Assembly (NCBI GenBank): GCA_050084515.1 | Contig: CM114271.1 | Coordinates: 40,610,001 to 40,674,000 of the forward strand | Source of the DNA: Blasia pusilla | Taxonomy: Eukaryota | Direction: 5' to 3' | Length of the DNA stretch: 64,000 nt | Shown: positions 40,381-53,812 of the stretch, piece after piece | Layout of the letters: each line of letters opens with the position of its first letter | How positions within the stretch are numbered: position 1 is the stretch's first letter | Notes under the pieces: model-generated | Databases searched by the model: none | What the model was told of the DNA's origin: nothing | What the model saw: the letters and a program-made list of their open reading frames with translations, nothing else | Translations under genes and position numbers: made by a program

Positions 40381-41407
40381 GGAAGGAGAAATAGTAGATG
40401 TCAAGAGAACTCATCGAGAGGGAGTATATAATGGAGAAGAAGATTTCTTGCTGGAATCGCCTCTATACATTTACTTGTGCATCCATCATACGAACCAGTC
40501 ACAAACATATACTAATACAACTTCAATCCCACTTCAAATTAGAAATAATCTAACATGATACATAGAATCCAGTTATTAATATGATAGAAGCTTTGATGAC
40601 AAAAACCACAACTTAAGATGAATGAAAGCGTAAAGAATATCCCTAAAGAAAAAACCTGTTCAAATGGAAAAGCGATTTGTCCTTTGGGGTGAGTCGACAA
40701 CTGCCATTCAACGAGTCCCTCCACCACTTCCAGAACGCCACCTGGTAAAGCTCCTATATCCAACAGTCTAACCTCCCGAAGCTCACCACAACCGCAATTA
40801 CGACGCGGCCCGCTCACGGCGTTCTTCTCCCAAGTTGTTCTTGTAGCGTCCCGGATGCCAATCCGCTGGCAGTTACAGTCAGTCGCCAGGTGACTCCGTC
40901 GTCATCCACGTGAGCCCTCCATTCAACGATCCGACGGCGAGCAGGCCGTCGTGAGACCGCGTATGGATCGTAAACGTAAGTCCGTGCCTCCCGCTGTCCG
41001 GCGACGGACGGAAGTCTACAGAGGGATGGCGCGCAGAGGGCGGGGGTCGAGATGAGAAGAGCGGCGAGAGGAGTTGGGCCGATGGCTCCGTGCGGTTTGT
41101 GAGACGGACGAGAGGAGAAGGAGAGACTCAGAGAGAGAGAGAGAGAGCGAAGGAGGAGAGGAGAGGAGAGGAGAGGCAGAGGTTCTGCTTTTGGGCTGGA
41201 ATCTGTGGGAGGAAGGGATGGAGGGGAGGCTGCAGAGGAGTGCGCTTTAATGGGAAGCGACGGGAGCCACAGGAAGACCGGAGGGAGTGCGAGGTCGATT
41301 GGATTGGATCGGATGGAAGGATGAAGCGCGCGGATTGAGAAGCGGAGGATTGGTGTGCGCGCGACCACAGAGAAGCAGAGGCCGGAGGAGAAAAGAGGAC
41401 GCGCGAC

Positions 41408-42622
41408 ATGGGCAATATGTGTTTCTGCGTGGCGAAGGTCAGAACGTCCGTCGTGGGTTGTTCTGTCGGGCTTTCAATGTCGTCCCTGAGAACCTTTAAC
41501 AATATAAACACCGCATTTGTGTTTCCAGGATCCTATCCTGTTGTTCGGAAAAATAACTCCTTTCGTGCGTTTAGAGTGGACAATTCGCTTGCAGCGATGC
41601 CTTCTGTGGATTGTGCAACAGTGCTGGGGATGAGACCCTTAGTTGTGACCAGTATTAATCAAATAATAAAGAGGCGCACCGTTGAAAGGTTTCAATTCAC
41701 TAAAGGCGGATGTTTGAAGCACGGATTGGTGAAGATTAGAGGGAAAAATTCGCTTAAAAAGAATTCTGTCCTCACTACCAATGGTCCACCCGGTCTTTCT
41801 CTTGAAACGAGTTCTGGCCAGGTTTCTGGGGATGGGGGCCAGGACGAAGATGGAGGAACGGGATCTCCATTTCCTCGAGCTGGGAACTCCCCATCCCCCC
41901 GTGCAGGGAGTGGCCACATCAAGGACGTGAACGTGACCGGCGGCGATTCTACGCAAGTTGCGATGATGGCGGAATTGGAAGATGCCCTCGGTTTCCCCCT
42001 GGGACAAGACCCTCAATCTCCCTCTCCGAAACCTTTGGTTATTGTAATAAGTGGTCCGAGTGGCGTGGGAAAGGACGCAGTTATCAAGCACCTGCAGCAT
42101 GCCCGACGAGATATACACTTCGTCGTAACGGCCACCACGAGGATGATGAGGCCCGGTGAGGTTGATGGTGTGGACTATTTTTTCATGAGCAAAACAGAGT
42201 TTCAGGAGATGATTGAGAATCAAGAACTCTTAGAACATGCTATTGTGTATGGAGATTACAAGGGGATTCCAAAGCAGCAAGTGCGAGAGTGTATAAACCA
42301 GGGTATGGACGTCGTCTTGAGGGTGGACGTTCAAGGAGCTGCAACTGTACGTTCAATTCTCGGGTCTGAAGCGGTGTTCATATTTCTCGTTGCGGAGAGT
42401 GAAGTGGCACTTGCCAAAAGGCTTATCGAACGGAAAACTGAAACTATGGATAAGCTGCTTGTGAGAGTAGCCACTGCCCGAGAAGAACTAACACGAATGG
42501 AAGAATTCGATTACGTGGTAGTGAACGCTGAAGGATATCTCGACAATACTGTTTCTCTTATATGCTCAATCATTGACGCGGAGAAGGCGAGGGTGAAACC
42601 CAAAGCCGCTCAGCTCCTGTAG
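41408..42622 (+). CDS. GK3: Guanylate kinase, organellar (plastid/mitochondrial GK3/V2 type), uninterrupted ORF
   Basis: P-loop ISGPSGVGKD, FVVTATTR.MRPGEVDGVDYFF, LLEHAIVYGDYKGIP, VLRVDVQGA, FDYVVVN. Long N-terminal transit-like extension. True start may be 41477 or 41597. Confidence 0.9.
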   Translation: MGNMCFCVAKVRTSVVGCSVGLSMSSLRTFNNINTAFVFPGSYPVVRKNNSFRAFRVDNSLAAMPSVDCATVLGMRPLVVTSINQIIKRRTVERFQFTKGGCLKHGLVKIRGKNSLKKNSVLTTNGPPGLSLETSSGQVSGDGGQDEDGGTGSPFPRAGNSPSPRAGSGHIKDVNVTGGDSTQVAMMAELEDALGFPLGQDPQSPSPKPLVIVISGPSGVGKDAVIKHLQHARRDIHFVVTATTRMMRPGEVDGVDYFFMSKTEFQEMIENQELLEHAIVYGDYKGIPKQQVRECINQGMDVVLRVDVQGAATVRSILGSEAVFIFLVAESEVALAKRLIERKTETMDKLLVRVATAREELTRMEEFDYVVVNAEGYLDNTVSLICSIIDAEKARVKPKAAQLL

Positions 42623-45453
42623 TCCCGCTGCAAAGGTATTGTTTTACGTTCAACTCAAGGCCTCCTCTCAATCAGAACACAATCTCAATTCTGTCTCTAC
42701 ATTGTTGGCACCACACCGGTAAGTCGGGTTGTGTACTGCATTTTGCTGCGTCATTTCCGATATGCGGAGTAACGCATGAGAAGCCCGAATGCCCGATAGT
42801 TCCTTAAGTTTGGCGCCGTGGAGACGTGTGATCACACCGTCTCCAAATGGTGCTCGTATCCGCTCAACGTTTTAAATTTACGCGCAACTTCTTCAAACGC
42901 CCAAAGTGCGGAGGCGAGTGTTACACTTGAACTTTATTTCTCGCTGTGAATGTCTTTCTCACATTTGCCTCTTAACTCAGCTAGGGTTTCCAAGCTTTGA
43001 ATTGGAAATTGCAACGTCCGCTGCTAAAGAAATCCTGCCATGTACCTCTCGCCATGCTCAGTCAGTTCGTCACTGTTCAAATGCAGGTATGATGATCACA
43101 GGTTTGCAGTTCTGACTACACCCGTACCTGTGAGCAAATTGCTTCATATCACGTTGAAGTTTTTTTCCACTCCTATTTGAGTTGCAATTGCGACAAGTAG
43201 CTTAATTGTTACGGAGCAGCTAAAGCTGAAGGTGTTCGACATTCCGGTTTGTCTCTAATTCTTGTGTGCTGCTTGGGAATTGTCGAGGGTCTTGAATTCG
43301 GTTGTCAGAAGCTTGACTTGATGCCCATTGTTTTATGTTGTCAAATGGTCCCTTAGTGACTTCTTCTCCACTCCGGACACAGTGTTACAGCCCACCATGT
43401 TCAAAGAAGCGTCATGACTGCTCAGCGATGCGGTTTCCATGCTCCTCGTCGCTGTCCGTTTCTATGAAGTGTCATCCCTTTCGAACGCGTTGGACTCGTG
43501 GGCTGAATTCAGGCTGGTCTAACTCATCCTCGATTGTGCAGGCCCGTCTTGGTGGACAGGTCTTTCAAACAGACTAAGGGCGTTTTTAGGCCGGACCAAT
43601 GAGCCGTTCAAACCTTAATTTCGATAACCGAAATCCTCTGTTTATCCTACACCAAGTGCACCGGTTTTGGAAACGTGAAGATCGACACTTGCCCAGCCAG
43701 GATCTTGTTGTAGATACCTGGTTTGAACTTCTCCCTCCACAACTAGGAGAGTGCATTTCGACTGGACAAGGCAATGAGAGTGAAGGCATTACCTGAAACT
43801 ACCTGTGGGTGGAGAAGAAACCAAGAGGTGAGGAGCTTATTTAGGATTGCACGTCTGTGCCCTGTAACATATCATGATTTGTAACTTTTGCGGACTCTAC
43901 CTTCGGGCAGTCCGAGTACGGGAGTGTATAAAGACGTTGTTTCGTGTGGGTATCCGGCGGGTTGTGAATTGGAACGTGACTGCCGTGTATATCGTCCCTG
44001 TACTTCGGGCTCCCACTCGCTCCTCTGCTCATGTTGGCACTTCTCCAGAACCGGGCTCGTTCTAGAGTCCGGGCATGTGCAAAACTTTTTCTTCGGGAGC
44101 ATCAGCTTTTTCTTCGGGACGAGTCATAACGGCGTCTGCAAGCGACTGCTGTTTTCGGTTCTCGTTCGGCCTATCCACACGAACTCTATTCACCATTCAC
44201 CATCTTTCTCGTACTAGGAATAGTTACGGCCCCTACGGCTAGTCGAGTCCGAGTGCAGATGCTGCACAATACAAGTTATTCCGTATCCTCTGCTCTTTTG
44301 ATTGGAATTTTCCGACGGTCAGATCGATAGAAATGAGTTTAGGGTGCTAGTGCTCTCCATTTACACCTGAGTAAATTGAATTAACGCGATTCTTCTTGGC
44401 CGTGTTTCTTCTCGTTGCGGCTCTGCGGAGCATTACTCTCTTCCCTTCGAACCCTCTTCCTCCGGCCTTATTAGTCTCTCAGGAGTCCGAGTGCAGACGT
44501 CGCAAGTTATTCTTGTTCCAGACAATTTTTTTTCGATGTTTCTTCTCGTGTTTCTTTTCGTTGCGGCTCTCCCGGAGCATTCCTCCCTTCCCTCCGAACC
44601 CTCTTCCTCCGGCAGTATGAATCTGCCCGTCCCTCTTTAAGAAGCCAAAATCTGGGCCGCATACTTCCCCCATGGGAGGAGCCTAATCCTTCCCCACCTC
44701 ACCGACCCATACGTCCAAAGTTCGTCGAAGTTTGTGATTGGAATAATGAGGATTTTCTCCTTTTTAGAATCAAGCGATTCTTCACTTTAAAAATTGTGCG
44801 ACTTCAAAAGAGATCTTGCAGAATTTCGTTCCTGCTGAGGGTTTTTGAGGAAAATCCTTTAGGAAGTCTTAATTAGTTAGGCCTACGGGATGGCCTTAGT
44901 GCTCAAGCACGGGGTGTGGAATGCGTGAATCTATATTCGTACGTTCCCCAAGACATGTGGTACAAATATATTCTTTAAAGTGTTTTGTATTGTTATAAGA
45001 GTGGGATTGGTTTTGAAGAAGATATCCTCGTCCAAACTAATTCACGTATAGACAACTTGAGATGGGGTGGATAGGGAGGTAGTTTAAAAGTCGGTGCACT
45101 TGGAGAGTCATGTGAATACATATTTGTCAATGTACATAGACTTTCATGCACGGCCACGTTTCATCTAATTACGAATGTTAGCGCATTTATGGATGCTTGA
45201 TTGGACGCATCGATATAGAACTAGATATAAAATGAATATGTTTCAACCAAATATTCATGTAACATAAAATATATCCACTTTATTATAAAATAAACTTCAT
45301 AAGGGGACAAAGAAAGGTAATAAAAATTCAAAAGAGGAATCAAAAAATGCATACAAGAATGCAAAAAGAAAATGACAATCAGCCAACGCAAACATCGGCT
45401 CAACGTGCTACAGGATTGATAGCCTGAAACAAATATGACAAGAACACGAGTGG

Positions 45454-46401
45454 TTAGTCAGACGTGAATGGACGACGAGGCGAGCGATCCCCCATCACCT
45501 CCGCAAGACGTATCAATGCCAAGGCTTGTGCACGTTGTAAGGCCATTGAGATGCATTGCCAAAAATAAGTAATAACTATCGAGAGAGAAGGACTACGGGA
45601 AGGGGCAAGGTGATGATTCTCAAGGGAGTGGTGAGCACATGTTTTCAGGAAAGTATCAAAAGACACATGTAAATGACCGAATACTTCCACTGCAAAAGGA
45701 ATAAATCCATCATGTCTCACAACATAACTTAACTCCTTGATTCTTGCTGCAGTTTTGGCCGCCAAACCTTTGGTATGTGCGGCTCGACACACCAAGTCAG
45801 AATGTGTTGGATCAACAACCACCACATCACCTAGTGTCCCGAATCCACCTTGAGACATAACAAGATCCAGTCTCCGACGAGAGGTTGCTTGTGTGGTTGA
45901 AGGTAGGACGTGGAGTTGCTCTTGCCCAACGGTGTATCCTGCAGTACGAGCCACCGATGCTACCGCCTCTCTAATGACATCATGTGTAGCCGTTCGTTCT
46001 CCACCATGTGCACATCGGAGAATATGGATACCCTTGGCATCAATGGGATCCCCGCATACACAATTCGACACACCTAAGAGAGAAGGATGGGGAAGTCCAA
46101 GACGTAACCGCAAAGCTATCGAGAATATACTTCGAGGAAGACGAAATGGAAGAATAAGAGGATTTGCAGTAAGCCACGCCCCCGCTCCGGTACCCGCACA
46201 TGAACCTAGACGAGCTCGATTAGCGTCAGAGGATGCCTTGGAGAGAATGCTGGAAAAGTTGATTTCATGCAGATTCTCTGAGATATGCTCTTGAAGTCGA
46301 TCAAGCCCTTCCGTAATCAGTTGACTGAAAGGGGGTAGAATTGCTTGTGTAGCAAGAGGAAGAAGAGGTGGTGCAGATCTCAATTGTTGTTGAAATAACA
46401 A
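45454..46401 (-). mobile_element. 5'-truncated CRE-clade non-LTR retrotransposon: CCHC knuckle + restriction-like endonuclease
   Basis: 315 open codons: RARLGSCAGTGAGAWL, ALRLRLGLP, CVCG...HILRC, THD, RRRLDLV..GDVVVVDP, K..Y, FIPFAVEVFG, ISMALQRAQA. AATAAA lies in the AT-rich 3' tail near 45280. Confidence 0.8.
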
Positions 46402-47559
46402 GATAATCCAGCTCTCTAAAAGAGAATCGAGCTTTCTAATAAGAGCTTCCTTATAAGGAAGAAGTTTGGGAGTTTGTTATTGAGTCCATGAGAATGGACC
46501 TTGTTTATTAGCAATAATTTCCTAAAAATTTTACAAATTAAAATTAGTGTGGCGGCCCCAAAAGATGGGGCCTTAAACAACAATTAAACATAAATGTTCC
46601 AATTATATTTCACAAAAATATGAATAGAATCCGTGTAGAATTCGATACAAATAATTTAGAATTAATTTAACATGTTAAAAAAGAATGATCCCTACAAGAA
46701 TACAATATACATAGTCTACGTGTATATAGTCTATGAACACGATAGAAAAAATTTAAAATGATAAATCCATATAAAATAGAGGAATAAATTGAATTTGCCT
46801 TGATTTAATACATACACTTATGTAGAACCAAACATACACCAACAACAATGTGACAAGCACGCAATCTTTCAAGCCATCCATTATAGAGGAAGGTAAATAT
46901 GAGATTTAGATTCGAAACTTAACCCTATAGCTACTGAAACGAGATCTTACCCTACAAGGAAGTAATAAATGCAGACTATAATGCACAAACAACTAAATAC
47001 AAAAGAGGTAGTGAAGATGCCATACCCTCAACCAATCAAGGGAGAAGAGAGCAACTATGGCATTTACTTTCCTAACCTATCAAATATAGTGGACACAACT
47101 AAACCTAAATCAATATAGCACATATATATTAACCTCCATCTAGTCTTAACTTAATTTTATTTAAAATGGTAGCAATTAAGTATGATGGATACAAATATTA
47201 ATCCGTGTCATGTGAATATGGAGGTGATTCATTTTTTGAGCATGTGCTTGTGGCCAACCTTGAAATACGAGGACTAAGTTAAGGCCGTAACAAAACAATA
47301 TGACTTTACAAAAATCGTTGATTTATTTCTAACTAAAATGGGCCACCTTGCAAAAAATCTCTAGAAATCATTGAAATGGTATGAAAAAATTAAGACCCAA
47401 TAAGACAAAACATATGGCTTTCTCTACAAACTTTGCACAAAAGATAAACATGTATATGCTTGAACCTCATTTACAATGACTTGGATAAAAAGTTAATCTA
47501 TATTATTATTGGAGAGTGTCTTTTTATTTTGCAAAGTCCTCTCCTCTTGAAAACTTCAG

Positions 47560-49850
47560 CCAATGAGAATGTTCGCCTTCTAAACCATTAATTGTTCAAA
47601 AAGGTGTTTATCACGTCTTTTAGGATAGATCGGTGAGATCTAGTAGAGCTCCTTCTCTAGTAGTGAAGGAAAGGCTCATGAGGTCAAAGATGACATGCTG
47701 AGGCCCCGATTAACCTAAGAGAGCAGGTTTCCCCTTCGTTTCGGCTCATTTGGAGCTATATTGAGGAACTTACTATTTTAGGTAAGTACCATTTTGAGTA
47801 GATGGTCGAATTTCTATTTTTGGTAAGTGGCCCTTGACCTCCTACATCAGGTCAAGAGCCAAGGAGGTGATTTGGGAGCATAGGTTACCATGGAGAGAGC
47901 TCGGGGGAGGGGAGGGGTATACCTCAAGGAGAGGCAGTTTGAGAGTTCATTCTCTTTTGTTGAACCTCTTGGCAAGAGGCGGCAGAGCTATGGTCCCTTG
48001 CCTTGTGAGTGTAACCCAAGTCTCTCATTAGGAGAGTGGGTTTGGTTTGACATTGAGAGAGACATGTGTAATGTCCAAGTGTTTCTTATTTACAGTCAAT
48101 TGTAGAGTTCGATCCCCAAGAGGATGATTGTTGGATGAAAAGAGAGTATAAAGTGATTATTATGTTGTAAAAGTAGTGTGATTGATTATGTAATTCAAAT
48201 TTAGTATTCCAGTAATATCTTCCGATCCTTTTTAGTACCTATGTTTTCTTCTTCAATTCTCTCGAGTGGAATTTAAAGTACGCTCAGGCAATTTGTTCTC
48301 TCGACATCTCGGAACCTCACAGAGACCTCAAGAATAAAGTTGGCTTCTCCTACTTTCGGAACTCAATCCGTCTGGGCAGGTTACTCTCTGTCAAACAGAT
48401 TTCATACAACTCTATGTTGATTATTCCATTGATGAGAAAGGTTTTCCTGATTCATTCTTCACTCGGCAGACCCAAAAAGAATATTCAGACATAAGCATCG
48501 CACATCAGAATGAATGAATGAGTGCTTTACGACTCCATCAAGAATTGGAAGACTTCAAAGTATATACAAGCTCGAGAGGGTACAACTCTCTTGCTCGGAC
48601 CATTCCTACAGCATAAGGACTTCATGAGTGAATGATAATAATAGTTCATCTGTTTCTTAAATATTCTAGAGTAGGAGCGTTTCTATGATCCGAAGCGTTT
48701 TTGATGAAGTTGGTGTCTCTTCAATATCTGTAACTACCTAGATCTATGGTGTGTGTTCCTTTTCCTATGATCCCTGTGAATCTGCGGTACAAAACTGTTC
48801 TAACTACCAATTTGATACAAAGGGTCGCGCCCCTTCCTAGTCTAATTGTTTTAACTATGTGCCGGTTCGAATCACAATCATCTTTGAAGCCATTGCGCTA
48901 AATTTCCGGAGGACGAAGTTCTTCATTCTTCATTCTCTTCGTGCTTCGCTCTTCGTGCTTCGCTTAAGAGCGAAGTACTTCGTATACAGAGCTTCGTTGA
49001 GCTTCGCTAAGCTTCGCGTTGATCCTTTATACCTCGTTACTGCTTTTGATTCTCCTCTAAGGCAAATCCTTGATCTTCCATCTCTCTGCCTTGTCTTAGG
49101 AGCTTCGTGATTCACTTGAATCTTATTCGTTCTTCTCCATAATTGCATATAATAATCCAAACCATAATGTACAAGAGTCTTTGTTCAATAAAAAGATATA
49201 TTTCTTCCAAAGTACAAAATTGTGGATATCACAACATGTGAGAGTGCATATATGTGAGAACTATGGTATTGTGAGAGAGATTGGATCTTATTTTACAAAG
49301 GTAGAATGAGTGAGTGAGAGAGCTTCATGGGGGAGTTCGCTAGTTGCTCGATGTTTGGTGCACGTTGGGGGACAGTATTCCCCACTTCATGGCTCATGGG
49401 AGTGCTCACCGGAGTAAGAGCCGTGCGAGTTTGCTGTTTTGCTTTGCTGATTTTTTGCACGGGAGAGTGGCACGCGGAAGCGCTACCCAATTTTTGATAG
49501 GAATTGAGTATGGGGGCGGATTTCTCCATGCCGGTGCTCTTGGGAGCACCATATAGCTTGCTGATTTGTGTTCTCACAGGTCTTACATTTTCCTTGGGAG
49601 AAATCAGAGCGGAAGCGCTCCCGAATTTTGTGTAGGAGAAAGAGACGTTGGGCTTTACGATAGTCCCCGTCAATTTTTACTGGAATGTCCGATTCAAAAT
49701 ATTTTTTGACGCCATTGTAGATCGTGAAGCTGTGCAAGCTGTGAAACACACGGTGTGCAATTTGGATTGCGAGCAAAAATTTATGGTCAATCTTGCAAAA
49801 CTGCCATTGCTAGGCAATTTTAGGGTTAAATTGTTCAAACTCTAAACCAG
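47560..49850. mobile_element. LTR-like retroelement debris, boundaries unresolved
   Basis: The minus strand at ~48810-48835 reads GGGGCGCGACC-c-TTTGTATCAAA, resembling the LTR end GGGGCGCGACA followed by a decayed TGGTATCAGAG PBS. No coding motifs found. Confidence 0.3.
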
Positions 49851-52800
49851 CCGCCACGCCGGCGGTGGCAGTCGCCGTCATAGTCACCATCAACGGTCCG
49901 CCATCGATAGTCAACCGTCACCATCAACAATCCACCGTCCTCCGTCCATCGTCGGCTGCCTCTGCCGTCTATCGCTACTCAGAGTCGCGTTCGGCCGTTC
50001 TCCACCCTTGGTTGCCATTGCCGCCATTACAGAGTGGAGGGTCTTCCACAACGACCGTTGATTCTTTGACTTGCGCGGCTACCACATACTTTCTTTTGTC
50101 CGCCACCGTCATCGTAGTTTCGTCATCAACCAGTGATGGCAGGTGACCTCGGGTTATGGAGTTTGAGTTTTCATTTCATGCTGGTATGTTGTGATTGGTA
50201 GCCACTCGACGATGATCGAGTACTGTGCCATGACGCCCAAAGCCGCAACGCGTTGTCGATTGCCGCGCCGTGCCAGTCATGGCTGCATCGCACCATCTCG
50301 ATTGCGGAGCCGCTCCTTCACTAAGGAGCAGAGCATGGGAATTTATGATTGAGGAGGGTATGCCTTCGAGTGCCGCACCCCATTCCCGAGTGTCGTGCCG
50401 TTTTTAGCTGATCCGTGCCACCAATGCCGCACCGGACCGCTGGACCTGCACCGCACATCGAGGAGGTTTGAGCAGCGTCAGTATGAGAGGAGTACAACTT
50501 GCTGATTGGAGGAGTTATCGTCACGACCAAGTTGGGCTTGATATTTGCAATTGCCGAGGAGCAATATCGACATTATTGTCAGGTTACCCATTCTGGTCTC
50601 TTACCCTGTAGGTGTGAGGGATTTCCGGGTATTCGGAAGTTATTTGGGATATTGGGTTTTGTACTGATGCTGAGAGCATTGATGATGTATGGGTTTAGGG
50701 GACATAGACCTATGTGGGATGTCCAGAGTTGAGGATGGTCTTTCGATGAGACGATAGATCAGTTGATTTGCCGCACCACGCCGCTTGTTGCCGCATAGCA
50801 CACGTCTCAATGAGAGAGGGTAGATTGAGTGCCGCATGTTTAGTTTGAGTGATTGAAGGATTACTCGCAAGATTGAGAGTGATCGTGTGAGAGGGGCACG
50901 AGGGTCATCACGGCGTCCTTTCATGATTTTGAGAGGCGAGGTAGTGGACCTGAAGGTAGCTCTGGAGGGTTTGCCCGGAGTGATACGAGGTTTCAAGGAT
51001 CTCCACGTGAGAGAATACATCGATCTCCTTCTATGTCATCTTCAGACAAGGGGGAGCGTGTAGAGGAGTGTGTTAGTGATCCACCGTACATATTGAGTGG
51101 TCCTACTAGTTGGGCGTACCAGATGGACGACTAGGATAGAGGACCGCGTAGGTTTTTGGATGTTGTAGGCACTAAAGAGCTACACGACTTCATTGCGGAG
51201 TTTAGGAGTCGGTGTGACTCATAACGGGCTAGGAACTCTAGAGAGTTCAACCCATTTACAGCATGGAACGGTATGTTCAAGCATTTAGAGGAGGCGCCCA
51301 TGGACGATTACCATGAGTTCTCCCATAGATATGCCCATGAGATTAAGGCATGGCGACTCTACTATGACTCACATTATGTGTCATGGACAGAGCCGTTTCG
51401 AGATGAGGAGGAGGATTCAGGAGAGGCTACTTCCTCTTCCACTAGTGATGTTTTAGGAGGGGTCACTTGCACTGGAGCAGTTGCACCGTCTAGTCGGGTT
51501 TTTTCCCAGGTTCAACACCGTGGTTGAGTTCTTCGCTGAGTTGAGGGCGAGCTACCAGGGGATACGGATGAAGAAGTTGCGGAGCATCCACGAATTCCAC
51601 AGGCGCCCGGGTGAGAGTTTGTGTGAGGCTTACACTCACTTGCAACGGTTGATCAATGTCACTCAAGGGGTGATAGAGGCTTAGGTTATCCAATCATGGT
51701 ACGCAATGTTGGATCGGACCCTGCGGACACGGGTGTGCGAGGGGGTGCTTCTTATGAACACCTTCCCTACATTGAGAGATGGTTTTAGGATCGCCGAGAA
51801 CATTGAGCGCAACATGGCGGAGGAGAGTGTAGCCACCATGGGTTCTGGGCGAGAGCAATCATGATTATCTACACCACTGGTGCATCAACGTGGACTCCGA
51901 GATAGGTTGAATGTGGCACCACGAGCTCAGGGAGGATACCGGAAGGCCGTGCCACAGAGACCTGCTCCTTTATATGCGGCTCAACAATAGCCGCCTACGA
52001 TTACTTGTTGGTCATGTGGCAGACCCCATCATCAACATGAAGGTCATGGACGTGTGCCTCAGCATGGATGAGGAGATGGTACTACACCAAGAGGTTATCA
52101 GTGTGACTATTTTCAGAGGTATGGTCACACATGCGCCAAGTGTTTCAATTTACACGCTCAATTATGTCCCAATTGAGGGCCAGAGAGGGCACCACAACGA
52201 GTAGCCGGTCCGGGTGGGCTAGAGATTGTGCACTTGGTGGTCCTGTTGGGGGACGAGGAGCTGGAGTTGCTCAACAGGATGGTGGAGCTGGACGTGGAGG
52301 AGGTAGAGTCCCACCACCTAGAGGCGTCGAGGAAGATACAACAGCTACAGGAGGAGATTGCCGCTATAGCATTGAGGTTACCCGATGCCGGATCCATGGT
52401 ATCGACATCATATGGAGGATCCTGGTTGGATGTGCGAGATTGCCCAAATGGAGGCCGCAAAAATTGTGACGCGTGGAGCCGCCGCAATTGTGACGTGGGG
52501 AGCAGCCGCAGCGTTGGATCCACAGCGAGCGGAAGCCAAGAAATAGACCAGGCTTTCTCAGTATTTCACGTTGTCCAAGGCGATGAGGACCCCATCGATG
52601 GGTCCTAATCAGAGTTCCCAGAGAGTTGGTGATGTTATTGGTGTGCATGCACAGAGGGCAATGGGAGAAATGAGTGGGACATCTCCTATTGATGATGCTC
52701 AAGAGGAGCATGTGTCGAGTACGATGTTGGGGGCGGCCTCGATGGTGTATCGTGCTCCGCTATTTTCTGCTTCCGATGTTATGACATTGGGAGGTACGCC

Positions 52801-53812
52801 CGCCGAGGTGTTCTAGCTGGCCGCTACGCTATATGAGCATGGAGTTGGAGTTCCTACATCACGTTCAGAGGTGATTGCAGAGGAGGTGATGGACCTGCCC
52901 TTGGAGCTGATGCTCGGGCCGTCCACGTCAGATTCATGGTAGGCTGCGACAACTAGGATGGCGGAGATGCCCGCTCGACCCGCGATAGAGCATGCCATGG
53001 CTTCTCCTCATGTTGTGTTATTGGATAACCGGGGAGAGGTTTTCTAGTTGGTGAGTCCCAGAGGTAAAGCTTTTAGTCCGCAGCGCGTCTTGTTGGATTC
53101 ATGATCAGGAGCGCAACCCCTGATGTTGGGGAAAGCGTCATTCAGAGGATTGGGCTTGACGAGAGCTGATATGGAGCGTTGTCCATTTCGGATACAGACA
53201 TCCTTGGGTGGAACGAGTACCACATAGTATATCACCCGACAGGAGGTCGTGGTGAGAATTTTCTCGGGACATCCTATGGATGAGTGCTTGGTGCAAACCA
53301 AGGTGATAGTGACTGACGTAGAGTCCTACAACGTCTTGGTTGGTGGAGTTGTGTTATATCCGATGGGGTTTTCCCTAGATTATTGGGAGGAATCAGCGTC
53401 CTACAGACCAGGATGGCAATTAGGTGATTGGCGCCTTAGCTCATTATCCGTTCGATTCACAGGTGCAGTGATCGAGCGACGGCCAAGAGAGATGGCGATC
53501 TTAACAACATTTAGCAGTGCCATCACTTGGCCTAGTGATTTGATTGAGGGACATGTCCAACCGGATAATACTCTTGTTCTTGACATTTCTATGGAGAGGA
53601 GTGTTATGGTAGCCGAATCAGTCCGTGGAGGAGAGGTGCCACTTTGGGGCTCGACTGAGGAGCTTTGGCGCTTAGCCACTGAGCATGTGCACATCCTGTG
53701 AAGCGAGACGTTTGCACTAGAGTGTGAAGGGTTAGAGGAACCCTAGGTAGCCAAGAGTTTTGCTATGACCCCTTTGGACACCACCCTGATTGTGTGGTGC
53801 ATCCCCGAGGAG

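Noticed and set aside
40814-41511. 184-aa and 127-aa minus-strand ORFs
   Set aside because: Low-complexity translations of the GA-rich leader of the guanylate kinase gene, with no recognisable domain.
3428-42622. Functional cluster of organelle-targeted genes
   Set aside because: The pathways are unrelated, and organelle-targeted genes are common enough for chance adjacency.
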